Positions 33,653 to 44,185 of a stretch of 64,000 nt of DNA are shown piece after piece. The stretch is from an uncultured Nitrososphaeraceae archaeon (GTDB lineage Archaea > Thermoproteota > Nitrososphaeria > Nitrososphaerales > Nitrososphaeraceae). The notes below the pieces were generated by a model. The model made no database searches. It was not told the origin of the DNA and saw nothing but the letters and a program-made list of their open reading frames with translations. Positions within the stretch are counted from its first letter, which is position 1. Each line of letters begins with the position of its first letter. A program made the translations under genes and the position numbers. The stretch is from positions 160,001-224,000 of the forward strand of contig CAVXZB010000019.1 in the NCBI GenBank assembly GCA_963765895.1, given 5' to 3'.

Positions 33653-35111
33653 GTTTCCTCCTATTGTTTAATTTTTTTTTGCTTGGAATGGGTTCAAATT
33701 TAGATACATCTGAAGATTTGTCACACAAGTCATCCAGCTCTGAAGTAAGGCTATTTTGATTAGGATTAGTATTTGTTTCTATAGTACTAAAGTTAGTAAC
33801 GTCTACTCTACGTCGTGAGACTAAATTCATATCCAATGAAGATAGATAGGAACCGTCGGAGCTTTCGATTAAGTCTTTAAATCTCCTGAAAATAAATATA
33901 CAATCATTCGGGCCTGGAGACGCCTCTGGATGAAATCTGTACTGCAATTATCGGCTTGGATTCGTGTTCAATCCCTTCAACTGTGTCATCATCAGTATTT
34001 GAGAACCAGATGTTGAATTCTCCTTTTTCAAGCGTTTCAGGTGCTACGCCGTACCCATGGTTTTGGCTTGTGATATAGGTCATATTATTTCGCAAATCAT
34101 TGCATGGCTTATTCTGACCTCGATGGCCAAATTTCAATTTGTATGTATCAGCACCTCCGGCCAATGCAAGGATCTGGAAACCAAGACATATTCCTAAGAT
34201 CGGTTTGGATACCTTCATCAATTCAGACGCGGTCCTTACGGTTTCACCACAGATTTTGGGGTCGCCAGGTCCATTACTTATTACCACACCAGACGGCTTG
34301 TACCGCATCACTTCTTCGTAGGTTGAATTCCACGGAAGTCTAACTACGTTGTAACCCATCCTCAGTATATTTCTAATTATGCTATATTTTGTGCCTGTAT
34401 CTAGTAGTACAACTGTTTTCACATTGTCAGTAGTAGACCTTGCATTCGTATATTTACGAGGCATTTGGGTAGATACTTCGTGCATAAAATTTTGTGCACC
34501 GTAGCTATGATTTTTTATATTTTCATAAATTCTCGATCTTTCGGCTTGATAAACTGAACTTGAGTCAGAGACTAAAGGATCCAAAGGCGAGGACTCTTCC
34601 ACTGACATCGCACCTTTCATTACACCATTTATTCTCAAGAGTTTAGTTAATCTACGTGTGTCTAAACCGAATAGCCCTGGGATTTTTTCTTCATAAAGCC
34701 ACTGGTCCAATGTCTTTACGCAGCTCCAGTGACTTGCAAGAGCTGCCAGATTATGAATTAATAAACCCTTTATTTGAATCTGCTCTGATTCAAAATATTT
34801 GGGCAGTCCAAATTCGTCCTTCTCAGACATACTTGGAACTCCGTAATTCCCTATAAGCGGATAAGTTAAGCAAAGTATCTGACCACGATAAGAAGGATCC
34901 GTAAGGGTCTCAACATAACCGACCATGCCGGTATTAAATACTACCTCCCCAATCGCGGTAGTCTTGTATCCAAATCCTATTCCCTCAAAAAGCGATCCAT
35001 CTTCTAATACAAATCTACCCTTGTATCCAGAATACGTTCGTTCTAATGTTGGAATTTTTGACCCTCGTCTGATTTCAAGAAATGCAAATTTAAATTTTGC
35101 TGTTTAGACAC
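33639..35111 (-). CDS. carA: carbamoyl-phosphate synthase small subunit (frameshifts at ~35058 and ~33936)
   Basis: LEDGS.F.G, GEVVFNTGMVGY, TDPSYRGQI, SNGPGDP, GICLG.Q, TSQNHGY, Q(F)HPEASPGP; start GTG 35111 inferred. Confidence 0.92.
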
Positions 35112-35421
35112 AGATAGATAAGTATGGCAAGACTGGTTTTCGTATCATGATACAGGAGAAATAATGGATTATTTGCATTCGCGAAACAATATGTTAGTTC
35201 GTATTTTCCACAGCAAAATGTTTTCAGCATTTAGTTGAGCATAGATCATAGCAGTCCTTTGGTTACAAAGATGTTTTGTTGTCGCAACTTATTGAGAGCG
35301 TTATCAAACCCAGACCATAAACCTGTCTCGGGACCGCTTGAGTTTTCCGAAAACATTGATCGTTGAATCATGTTAAAGAATAACTAAGTACATATATGCA
35401 AAAACACCTACGAATTCTACC

Positions 35422-35916
35422 ATGGGCAAAAAACAGAAAAGAAAACAGCAGGATATAAAGCATAGAGGCCTATCCAAAAATGGTTACATGATAATCGGCG
35501 GTATTGCCGTTATAGTCGCCTTAGGTGCATATTTTGGCGTTCGCACTTTAGTTCCAGTTAATGGCACATCACCAGTTTTTGCAGCTCCAACTAATACCTT
35601 TATTAAAGCAACCCACTCTCCACAGAGCGGATACACCTTTACCAGCCAGTCTAGCGGAGGCAGGGGACAAAATATTGGAGTAGGATATAATAGCCCGACT
35701 ATCACTATGAAAAAAGGCGAACTGAACTCCATACATTTGATCAACGAGGACCGAGATTCTCAGCATAATCTAAATATAGACGCCTTCAAAGTGCACACGG
35801 GAGATCTAGGATATTTCCAGAGCAAGAGTGTAACATTCATTGCTGATAAAGCCGGTACTTTTCAATATTATTGCACGATCCATCCTGAAATGAAAGGCAA
35901 ATTGGTGATTCAATAA
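35422..35916 (+). CDS. membrane-anchored cupredoxin (blue copper) protein
   Basis: N-terminal TM helix; 'QHNL' and 'YYCTIHPEM' give a complete His/Cys/His/Met type-1 Cu site. Confidence 0.88.
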   Translation: MGKKQKRKQQDIKHRGLSKNGYMIIGGIAVIVALGAYFGVRTLVPVNGTSPVFAAPTNTFIKATHSPQSGYTFTSQSSGGRGQNIGVGYNSPTITMKKGELNSIHLINEDRDSQHNLNIDAFKVHTGDLGYFQSKSVTFIADKAGTFQYYCTIHPEMKGKLVIQ

Positions 35917-36049
35917 GAGCATGGCTAGAAACCGATTCGGACTCTAGTTGACTTCTTTATGTAGTTAAACACTATTTATCAACTGATTAAAATCTCACCG
36001 CTGCTTTTTTAGGCATTTTCAATGCTTAGCGAATTATTTGATTGCTTGT

Positions 36050-37357
36050 CTACATGAAAAATTGGTAAACGATTAGTAATATGTTCATAGATATTATCAC
36101 AGTTGTGCAAACTAAAGCTAGGATTTTGGTGGTTAGTCTGTTAACGCCTTCGGAACCCATTATTTTTTTCTTCCCGGTAAAGTAGACCAACGGAACAACT
36201 GTGAAAGGGAGTTGTATACTCAAAACCACCTGACTTATTACAAGAATTGAGAGCGGCGAGACACCAAGAGAAATTGCTATTATAGCTGGAACTAATGTAA
36301 TCAGTCTGGTCACAATTCGACGCTTCCATAGTTTTATTTTCAAATTAGTAAATCCTTCAAATATTACTTGACCAGAGAGTGTCGCAACAACCGATGAAGC
36401 CAAGCCTGAGGCTAAGAGCGCAATTGCAAAAGCATAGCTTGATAGATTACCAAGTAAGGGAGTGAGAGTCCTGTATGCAACATCGATTGAATCAATTATC
36501 ACATTGTGAGTATGGAATGTCGCGGCAGACACTACCAGTATTGCTCCATTGACCAGGCCAGCAAGGCTCAGTGCAACTATGGTATCTATCATAGAGAACT
36601 TCACCAATTGTTTATTGGATTTTATATAAGGCATCATCTTCTGTCTTGATTTAATAATTGATGAATGTAGGTAGATAGCATGCGGCATCACCGTAGCGCC
36701 CAGGATCCCTACTGCAATAAGTAGACCACTACCCCCAAGAGAACTAAATTCTGGAATTATCGCATGCTGTGCTATTTTATTCCAGTCAGGTTGGGCCAAA
36801 AGTATTTCAAAAACATATGCAAAACCTATTATGGCGACCATTCCAATTATTGCGGCTTCCAATTTTCTAAATCCTTTTCTTTCCAGCGCGAGGATTAGTA
36901 AGGTGTCAACTCCCGTAATTATTGCTCCATATATCAGAGGTATGCCAAATAGCAAATTAATCGCAATGGCCGCGCCAATAACTTCCGCTAGATCAGTCGC
37001 AATAGGAGCAATTTCTGCGGTTCCCCAAAGAGACAGCGATTTCCACTTCGTAAGATTGTGCCTACAATTTTCAGCCAGGCTCCGACCAGTCACTATGCCC
37101 AGTTTAGAGGATAGATATTGGAGCAACATTCCCATTAAGTTACTCATCACAACTACCCACAGTAAGGAATACCCAAACTTCGAGCCTGCGGCTATATCAG
37201 TCCCCCAATTTCCAGGATCGATATATGCTACACCCACGACGACGCCAATACCCATAAATTTTAAGAAATGGGCGAAGCTTACCCCTTTAGAAAATTGATG
37301 GTCTACAGAAGGAAGCGAGTCCTCTTTTCTCTCTGACCCCTTAATATTATCATTCAC
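36050..37357 (-). CDS. mntH: Nramp-family divalent metal transporter
   Basis: YIDPGNW and GATVMPHAIYLHS motifs, multiple TM helices; start GTG 37357 inferred. Confidence 0.93.
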   Translation of the reverse strand: MNDNIKGSERKEDSLPSVDHQFSKGVSFAHFLKFMGIGVVVGVAYIDPGNWGTDIAAGSKFGYSLLWVVVMSNLMGMLLQYLSSKLGIVTGRSLAENCRHNLTKWKSLSLWGTAEIAPIATDLAEVIGAAIAINLLFGIPLIYGAIITGVDTLLILALERKGFRKLEAAIIGMVAIIGFAYVFEILLAQPDWNKIAQHAIIPEFSSLGGSGLLIAVGILGATVMPHAIYLHSSIIKSRQKMMPYIKSNKQLVKFSMIDTIVALSLAGLVNGAILVVSAATFHTHNVIIDSIDVAYRTLTPLLGNLSSYAFAIALLASGLASSVVATLSGQVIFEGFTNLKIKLWKRRIVTRLITLVPAIIAISLGVSPLSILVISQVVLSIQLPFTVVPLVYFTGKKKIMGSEGVNRLTTKILALVCTTVIISMNILLIVYQFFM

Positions 37358-37565
37358 CTGGCAAAGTTCATATTTGCAGTACACAATATAAAGTTTAGCA
37401 TAGGCTAACAATATTAGTTTCCTTTAACATAACTTCTAAAATATACTTTAACCCTTGAAAATTAGATATAGCCTGGGATTTGGTTCGTAAGTGCTTTAGA
37501 GACTCGGATTTTGTTAAAACCAGTAATTTACCGTATAGACCAGAAAGCAGGCATCGTTGGATGCC

Positions 37566-37937
37566 CTACCGTAACCAATAGGTAGCTAAGGCTAGAATGT
37601 GTTCTATCAATCCCTCTTCGTTTTTCTTCTTGTGTCGAGTATAATATTCGAGAATTTTCAGGGCATCAAGTGTCGTTGAGAAGGTCTCGCATGAGTAAAA
37701 GTACAATTTTCGTTTCCGAGCGCTCGAAATCAACCCTTTTTCGATCAAAACAGTAATGATTTCAGAGACAATTGATGCGTTAAGCTTTACTTCTTTACAA
37801 ATCCTTCTTTCTGTCTTTGAGCTACTCTTGAGGGCTGCAAGTATTCGAAGCTCCCATTCGTTAAGATCTATATCATTGGTAGTAGGAGTACTGATTAGTA
37901 TTACCATTGCCATAGATATGTCGAAAGTCTGGACCAT
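37566..37937 (-). CDS. winged-helix DNA-binding protein
   Basis: 'LNEWELRILAALK..KTERRICKEVKL...VSEIITVLIEKGLI'; lies upstream of mntH on the same strand. Confidence 0.6.
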   Translation of the reverse strand: MVQTFDISMAMVILISTPTTNDIDLNEWELRILAALKSSSKTERRICKEVKLNASIVSEIITVLIEKGLISSARKRKLYFYSCETFSTTLDALKILEYYTRHKKKNEEGLIEHILALATYWLR

Positions 37938-38871
37938 GAGAAAAATTATACTTTCGGTTATGATATGCTTCGACCATTGTCGACTCCACTATTCACTATA
38001 ATATTATAGATTTGAGACTATTTATTAATTAAGCCTAGACGTAATCGATTTGTAATTCACGTGAAGTATTTTCTCATTATTTTTGACATCCTTAGCTTGG
38101 CGACATCGTTATCATGCAAAGTTTCTGGATGCTTTACTCTAAGATGCCTTAGCGCAAATCGAACTGCATCCCCACAGATCCTACATTTTGCTGTAGAAAA
38201 CATATTTTAGTATAATCAATCACATTGAAAATTCTTACTATAGTAGAATCTAATGAATATTTATCACTGCCTGTAAAACCTAATAAATATCTGAAAGTAG
38301 GCAATATCATGTTAGATGCCACTGTGCCATGCATTGAATATATTCCCCGGGTAAGCACACTTGCTTGGATCAATTAGTAAATTTGAAGTTTTTCAGAATG
38401 CATATCCAAATACTAACCAAAGACAAGATATGCGGATATATTTATCGATTGTGGGTTAAAGATATAACCCACAATTCTATATCATTAAATTCTTGGAGCG
38501 GGAAAAGTTACGATTTTTGATGGGTTTAATGGCATTTCTTCTTTGCGTCGGAATAGGATATACTTTGAATCACTATTTTCGAAGCGGCAAGCTTCCATGG
38601 TAGGTCCTTAGACATAAACAAGCAATTTGATTATTATCTATAGCGTATTGAGTCGCGCAAGTGGTAATGAATCCTAATTTTCTATTCAAGTCATGTAAAT
38701 ATGATACTAGTCTTACATAATATTGGTGGACTTAAATGCAGATTTCAAATGTGTAATAAATTTATCGGTAGGAGAATGTTAATAGATGCAGCAATGTAAG
38801 AGGCTACATTATCTCACCAAAAGAAACGTTTCAAAAAATAGGAAGGAGATTACCACACAATGAAATTGGTT

Positions 38872-39123
38872 CTACTGTGAAGCTGCAACTGATGCTGCGT
38901 TACGTTTTCCTTGAATTTGTGAACCTGCATTCTGGCAGTCCACCTTCATTGGAAACTGACCGTTTCCACAAGCATTTGCTTGGGCTAGTGATTGAGACTG
39001 TTTTGTTTTAGCATAGTGGTGATGATGTCCTCCTGCGTACGCGTTACTTGCTGCAGTAGTCGTTATCAATATTGCTGCAAGTGCTACGATAGCTACTATT
39101 GTATATGTTGTTTTGTTGTTCAT
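38872..39123 (-). CDS. small secreted Cys-pair peptide, copy 5
   Basis: intact: MNNKTT signal, AYA-GGHHHHY, QANACGNGQFPMKVDCQNAGSQIQGKRNAASVAASQ. Confidence 0.88.
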   Translation of the reverse strand: MNNKTTYTIVAIVALAAILITTTAASNAYAGGHHHHYAKTKQSQSLAQANACGNGQFPMKVDCQNAGSQIQGKRNAASVAASQ

Positions 39124-39157
39124 ACCTTAATTCTCAATCAGCATAATGTGGTAATGA

Positions 39158-39206
39158 TTTATTTGCATTAGGAGAAATATTACGCTCTCAAAAATCAGAT
39201 TTGTCT
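39158..39206 (-). promoter_or_regulatory. conserved 49-bp upstream motif (copy 5)
   Basis: reverse complement AGACAAATCTGATT-TTTGAGAGC-GTAATATT-TCTCC-TAATGCAAATAAA. Confidence 0.72.
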
Positions 39207-39478
39207 TACTGTGAAATTCATAATTGGATGGAATTGTACCCAAAATACCGGTCGAAATCAAATCTGTGCATCAGTTGATAGAAAATATTTGTAGATAGAC
39301 TCCTAGCAATAGGTGACTTAAACCTAGAATCAAGACTAGATAAATTAGACATAGTAATTTATCACTAAAATTATTTTAGAACTTGATTTGCTAGGAATGT
39401 ACTCTCTCCATTAGATAAGTGGATTTGAAGTTGGCTAAAGTTAATTAGATTCAACATTACTATTCCTTTCATAGTGTT

Positions 39479-40930
39479 TTGCTAAAGCAGTTTTATGATA
39501 TTGCAATTATCGGAGGCGGCATTCTTGGCGCCTCGATTGCGTATTTTGTCTCTGCATTTTCATCCAACAGTGTGATATTGGTTGAAAAGGAGCGCGAGGT
39601 GGCTTCGCATGCCAGTAACAGAAATACCGGAAAGGTTCATGCACCGTTCCTTTATGATCCAATTCACAAGAAGATGTTTGCAAAAGCAGCGTTTTTGGGA
39701 TTCCAGATGATACTTGACTATTGCAAATTATCTCACTTGCCATTTATGCTAGATGGAGTCGTATCTGTTGCCACGTATGATAAGGGCATCGATGCCCTAC
39801 ACAGGTATCTCGAATGGGGTTTTGCAAACGGTTTGCAAAGAAATGAGTTACTCTTTCTCGATGGCAGTATGATTTCAAAATTTGAGCCGAGGGTAAGGTG
39901 CATGTCGGCGATTTATTGTACCAGAGATGCATCTGTTAATTATGGAGCGATAACTAGACAGCTTGTAAAAGATGCTCACCAGTTTGGGTGCAGGGTAGTT
40001 ACTGGAATGAGAGTAGCAAACATAAATAGAAATAATATGAAATTGGAATTACAGCTTGTATCTCACAATCCTCGTGCGAGAGCAAATTGGAGTTCAAATG
40101 CACATCCATATTATCCCGAAGACGGTTTGACCATAAACCAACCTACTGATTCATCCACTCAAGAATTGGATAATCTGAATAAAAATATAGACATGAAAAT
40201 TTATGTGAATTATATAATAAATGTGGCAGGAGGAGGCGCCTTAGACATAGCACATTTAATGCATGTCGGACATAAATATACAAATCTTTACTTTCGTGGT
40301 GAGTATTGGCGAGCTCCTAAAGAATATGAAAACTTTACAAAGCTCAGCATTTACTCTGTTCCTAAGTTTCCAGAATACCCATTTCTCGATCCTCACTGGA
40401 TAGTCCGATTTGATGGATCCAGCGAAGTTGGACCAAATGCCGTTCCGGTATTTGGAGCCTATTCCTATAATTGGAAGAATAATTTACGATTCTCGGTACC
40501 TAAGATAATAGAGATTGCAAAAAATAGCGGAATCGTTAAGCTCTTATTTAATAGACAATTCATGTCTTTGTTAAACAAAGAATTTATGAGTTCACTTTCA
40601 AAAACTACGATGATAAACAGAGTAAGAGAGTTCTTGCCAGATATTACGCCATCATTATTCGTTACCAGAGGCACTGCGGGTATAAGATCACTACTCGTCG
40701 ATAGCGATGGTAATTTTATGCCAGATATGGTCGAAATCAGAAATGAAAAATCACTTCATATTCTCAACTACAATTCGCCGGGAGCTACTGGCGCGTTACC
40801 CATTTCCGCTACGATTGTAAGCAGATTACTTCGAGAAGGTGTGCTCGTACCCAAGAACCATTCTGAATCAGTCAATAGAAAAGATAACTGGGACATCAAC
40901 CAGATTGATTCAGAAATAATGAGTCCATAG
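39479..40930 (+). CDS. FAD-dependent oxidoreductase, L-2-hydroxyglutarate oxidase-like
   Basis: DIAIIGGGILG, EKE..VA.HAS.RNTG.VH, FRGEY, GPNAV, NSPGATGA. Confidence 0.85.
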   Translation: MLKQFYDIAIIGGGILGASIAYFVSAFSSNSVILVEKEREVASHASNRNTGKVHAPFLYDPIHKKMFAKAAFLGFQMILDYCKLSHLPFMLDGVVSVATYDKGIDALHRYLEWGFANGLQRNELLFLDGSMISKFEPRVRCMSAIYCTRDASVNYGAITRQLVKDAHQFGCRVVTGMRVANINRNNMKLELQLVSHNPRARANWSSNAHPYYPEDGLTINQPTDSSTQELDNLNKNIDMKIYVNYIINVAGGGALDIAHLMHVGHKYTNLYFRGEYWRAPKEYENFTKLSIYSVPKFPEYPFLDPHWIVRFDGSSEVGPNAVPVFGAYSYNWKNNLRFSVPKIIEIAKNSGIVKLLFNRQFMSLLNKEFMSSLSKTTMINRVREFLPDITPSLFVTRGTAGIRSLLVDSDGNFMPDMVEIRNEKSLHILNYNSPGATGALPISATIVSRLLREGVLVPKNHSESVNRKDNWDINQIDSEIMSP

Positions 40931-41176
40931 GTTGTGACGTCGTTACAAAACTTTACCTCTTACTTAAAAATCACTTATCTCAAAACAACTAGCGAGCAAG
41001 GTCTGGCATTTCCTCTCTAAGATCACAGGCAATTGATCAATCTATAAACTCCTAAGTTGAGCCTAATCCAAGGAACTTGGTTTAGCTCGCAAAAATGACA
41101 CAGACTTTTTAACATCTAGATATCAACAAATAATGACAAACCAGTTTTTTATTCATAAATCAGTCTAAATTTTAAT

Positions 41177-42439
41177 ATGTCCAACGGTGCCAAAAATAGA
41201 AGATCGTTAATATTTTTATCATTGGCACTCTCGACAACAGGGTTACTACTAACTATTGCCTTAGTGTCAAGGTCTGACTATTTCACGTCGAGCGAACCTA
41301 CAAAGAAGCCTACACATCAATCTACGAATAAAATCCATAGCGCAAAGAACTTTACAGCAGCAGCCGAATTGATGGAGAAAGTGCCCTCGATTCATCCTCC
41401 TCCTTCTGATATAAAATCCCAAACTGCAGACTTCTCAGCTTTTGATCCTACAAATTCTTCAAACAGTTCTAATAATTCAAGTAACTCTGTAAACAAAACA
41501 AATGCAACAACTGCAACTGTCAGTCATCCTCCTTCTGATATAAAATCCCAAACTGCAGACTTCTCAGCTTTTGATCCTACAAATTCTTCAAACAGTTCTA
41601 ATAATTCAAGTAACTCTGTAAACAAAACAAATGCAACAACTGCAACTGTCAGTCATCCTCCTTCTGATATAAAATCCCAAACTGCAGACTTCTCAGCTTT
41701 TGATCCTACAAATTCTTCAAACAGTTCTAATAATTCAAGTAACTCTGTAAACAAAACAAATGCAACAACTGCAACTGTCAGTCATCCTCCTTCTGATATA
41801 AAAACTAAAGATCCTGCCCAACTGCCCTTTGGATTTTCAGGTAGCAGACGAAATCTCGAGGAAAGTACTAATTTGCCTAGTGATGCCGATAACGCAACAG
41901 CAGGGACTGTGGCTAGCCATACCGCAGAATCGCTCATAGGCTCGATAATGAGCCCCAAAACGTTACTCTCCACGGCAATGAGTGAGATAGGAAACAGGAC
42001 CGTAAAGAGTAGCTCTAGCAAACCGGATCAGATCCGACTGGTGAGTCCACATACTGCTACGATACTATTGTCGAACGAAGTTATACCATCCAAAGATTAT
42101 CTGTATGTATACAATTCATTAGTTAACAAGAATATTACAGGTCAATTGGTAGCTAGGCTTCCCTGTCACTCCGATATGAAGAGCGAACTACTGATTCTGG
42201 TTGGTAATTTGTCAAACCTAAAACCTGTAAATAATGATGTAAAGCCTATAGTACAAATGTCTAAACCTGGTTTTGACTGTTTATATGGTCTTGGAATTTC
42301 TCCGCATATAATATTATCTCAAAATAGTACTGGAATCAATAATATTTTCAATATAGCACTGTACAATCCAAGCAAAAATCCTATCAGGCTCTCCCCAGGA
42401 ACGACAGTAACGGTGACCCTATTTGATTCTTCAACTTAA
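41177..42439 (+). CDS. membrane-anchored/secreted protein with Ser/Asn-rich tandem repeats and a C-terminal Cys-pair domain
   Basis: N-terminal hydrophobic segment; 3 x 43-aa repeats; C-terminal 'ARLPC...PGFDCLY'. Confidence 0.8.
   Translation: MSNGAKNRRSLIFLSLALSTTGLLLTIALVSRSDYFTSSEPTKKPTHQSTNKIHSAKNFTAAAELMEKVPSIHPPPSDIKSQTADFSAFDPTNSSNSSNNSSNSVNKTNATTATVSHPPSDIKSQTADFSAFDPTNSSNSSNNSSNSVNKTNATTATVSHPPSDIKSQTADFSAFDPTNSSNSSNNSSNSVNKTNATTATVSHPPSDIKTKDPAQLPFGFSGSRRNLEESTNLPSDADNATAGTVASHTAESLIGSIMSPKTLLSTAMSEIGNRTVKSSSSKPDQIRLVSPHTATILLSNEVIPSKDYLYVYNSLVNKNITGQLVARLPCHSDMKSELLILVGNLSNLKPVNNDVKPIVQMSKPGFDCLYGLGISPHIILSQNSTGINNIFNIALYNPSKNPIRLSPGTTVTVTLFDSST
41399..41803 (+). repeat. three exact 129-bp tandem repeats
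   Basis: GATATAAAA recurs at 41408, 41537, 41666 and 41795. Confidence 0.95.
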
Positions 42440-42665
42440 CCGGGAGGCCAGATAACCCGTGAAGAGTTGCAATGTGGTTTCAGATATTTGTTGACATTTT
42501 GATGAAATAGGTTCATTTTATACCACAGACTTAAGCCACCTTGCGTAACAAAAATACTACTGTAAGAAACATATGTGAAAATCGATCTACGAATAGACTA
42601 GAAACAAACTAGCGTCTAAAGCTAAAAAATAAATATTTAGTACCGAATGAACTGAGAGATGACAT

Positions 42666-44185
42666 ATGTCGTCATTATTTGGCATTAAGTTTGGGATTAT
42701 AGGATCATTTATTGCAGTTCTATTTCTTGTTGGGATTTATTCCACAGCTATTACAGCGCTAGGAAAAAGCGAAGCTTTTTCATTGGGATCTACTCTTGGC
42801 AATCTAGGGAACGATCTAGCTAACAGTATAGCTGGTATGGTAAAACAGAAGACAGGTGAAGGTTGCACTGGCTCAGGGGATCAAAGCTCGAGAATTACGT
42901 CACAAAGCTCGAGTACCACCTCAGGCTCCTCAAGTATGATGACGAGTAGCAGTAGAGCAACGGCAACGGGCAAACGATTGTTTCGAGCAGCAACGGAGAA
43001 GGCAAATCTCTAATCTGCGGCGGTCCAGGCAATGATATACTTAGCGGAGGATCTGGAGATGATATTATATATGGTGGTAAGGGAAATGATAAGCTATTTG
43101 GTAACGGCGGTGATGATGTACTAGTAGGGGGCGTGGGTCGAGATTACTTTGATTGTGGCCCGGGCAAAGATACAATCAGAGATTTCAATCCGTCTGAAGG
43201 CGATACCAAGACAACTGATTGTGAAATTGTTTTGAATAGCCACAATAGCGAACAGGGAGGGTTAACATACTCCCAATCCTCTATTGGTTCACACATTCCA
43301 CACGCCCAACCGAGTGCCACTTCACCAGAAACAATCATTGGAAATTCTCCAAGTCCTCAGACATCTATATTAAAATCGCGCAATCCAATTGTCCCAGCCG
43401 GTTCCGTTGGTAAAACTGTAAAGGAGCCATTGAATTCGATGCAAAAGACTGGTTCTATGAAATCACTTGCGTTACTTGCTTTAAATAAATCTAAGACTTC
43501 GGGTCAGAATTTGACTACCTCGAATACTGTGAGAAATGAGACTCTTAACAGAGATATTAATTCAGTCGGCACGGTCTATCATTCGAACAATAGCACTAAT
43601 CAGGCTGGTATTAATCCACGACAAAGCAATACTATACAATCCTCCCAGCGGCCTGTATTAATAAGTAGCGGGATAGCCAGCCCTATCTCTCACAATATCC
43701 TACCCGTTCTTAGCATTAAGAAAGGACAACAAGTATTGTGGTCAAATCCATCCACGGTTCCAGATCCACAGACAGTTACCTTCGTTCTTGATAAGAAATT
43801 TGCTGCGTCATTACTCATCCCTCTACTAGTATCAAACTCCACTCAATTCAAAACACTTATCCCAGGAGAGAATAGCATGCCCACTCTTTTACCACAGCAT
43901 GGGAAACAGACAACATTACTGACACTTAATTCCAGAGCAATAGAGCCAGTTGCAATTGACCAAAACGGATTAGCCAAGAAAATTATTCAGAAGAATTCAA
44001 CGGGTTCCTATACAGCATTGGGAACTGAGAAATATATCAACTCTGGATGGCTACTTCCGAAAGGACAAGAGAAGGGCTATCCGGGAGCGCTAACAGGTTT
44101 CAAGGTAACCTTTGCTAAGGCCGGAGTCTATCGCTACTCGGACATGTTTCATCCGTGGATCAACGGGACGATTCGAGTAAATTGA
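42666..44185 (+). CDS. secreted protein with RTX/hemolysin-type Ca-binding repeats and a C-terminal cupredoxin-like domain (frameshift at ~42955)
   Basis: frame of ORF 43133 extends upstream as CGGPGNDILSGGSGDDIIYGGKGNDKLFGNGGDDVLVGGVGRDYFDCGPGKD; C-terminus 'IKKGQQVLWSNP...FAKAGVYRYSDMFHPWINGTIRV'. Confidence 0.75.

Noticed and set aside
35020-35065. Second BHB intron at the carA 5' frameshift (UCCA/UGGA helix is possible)
   Set aside because: The bulge geometry is wrong and canonical cleavage does not restore the frame; one missing A in an A-run explains the break.
29953-35111. carA/carB as pseudogenes or naturally split genes
   Set aside because: Apart from the 31-nt insert, the breaks are small indels with the catalytic motifs intact, and the same error type affects aCPSF1, nadC and nadX; most likely sequencing errors.
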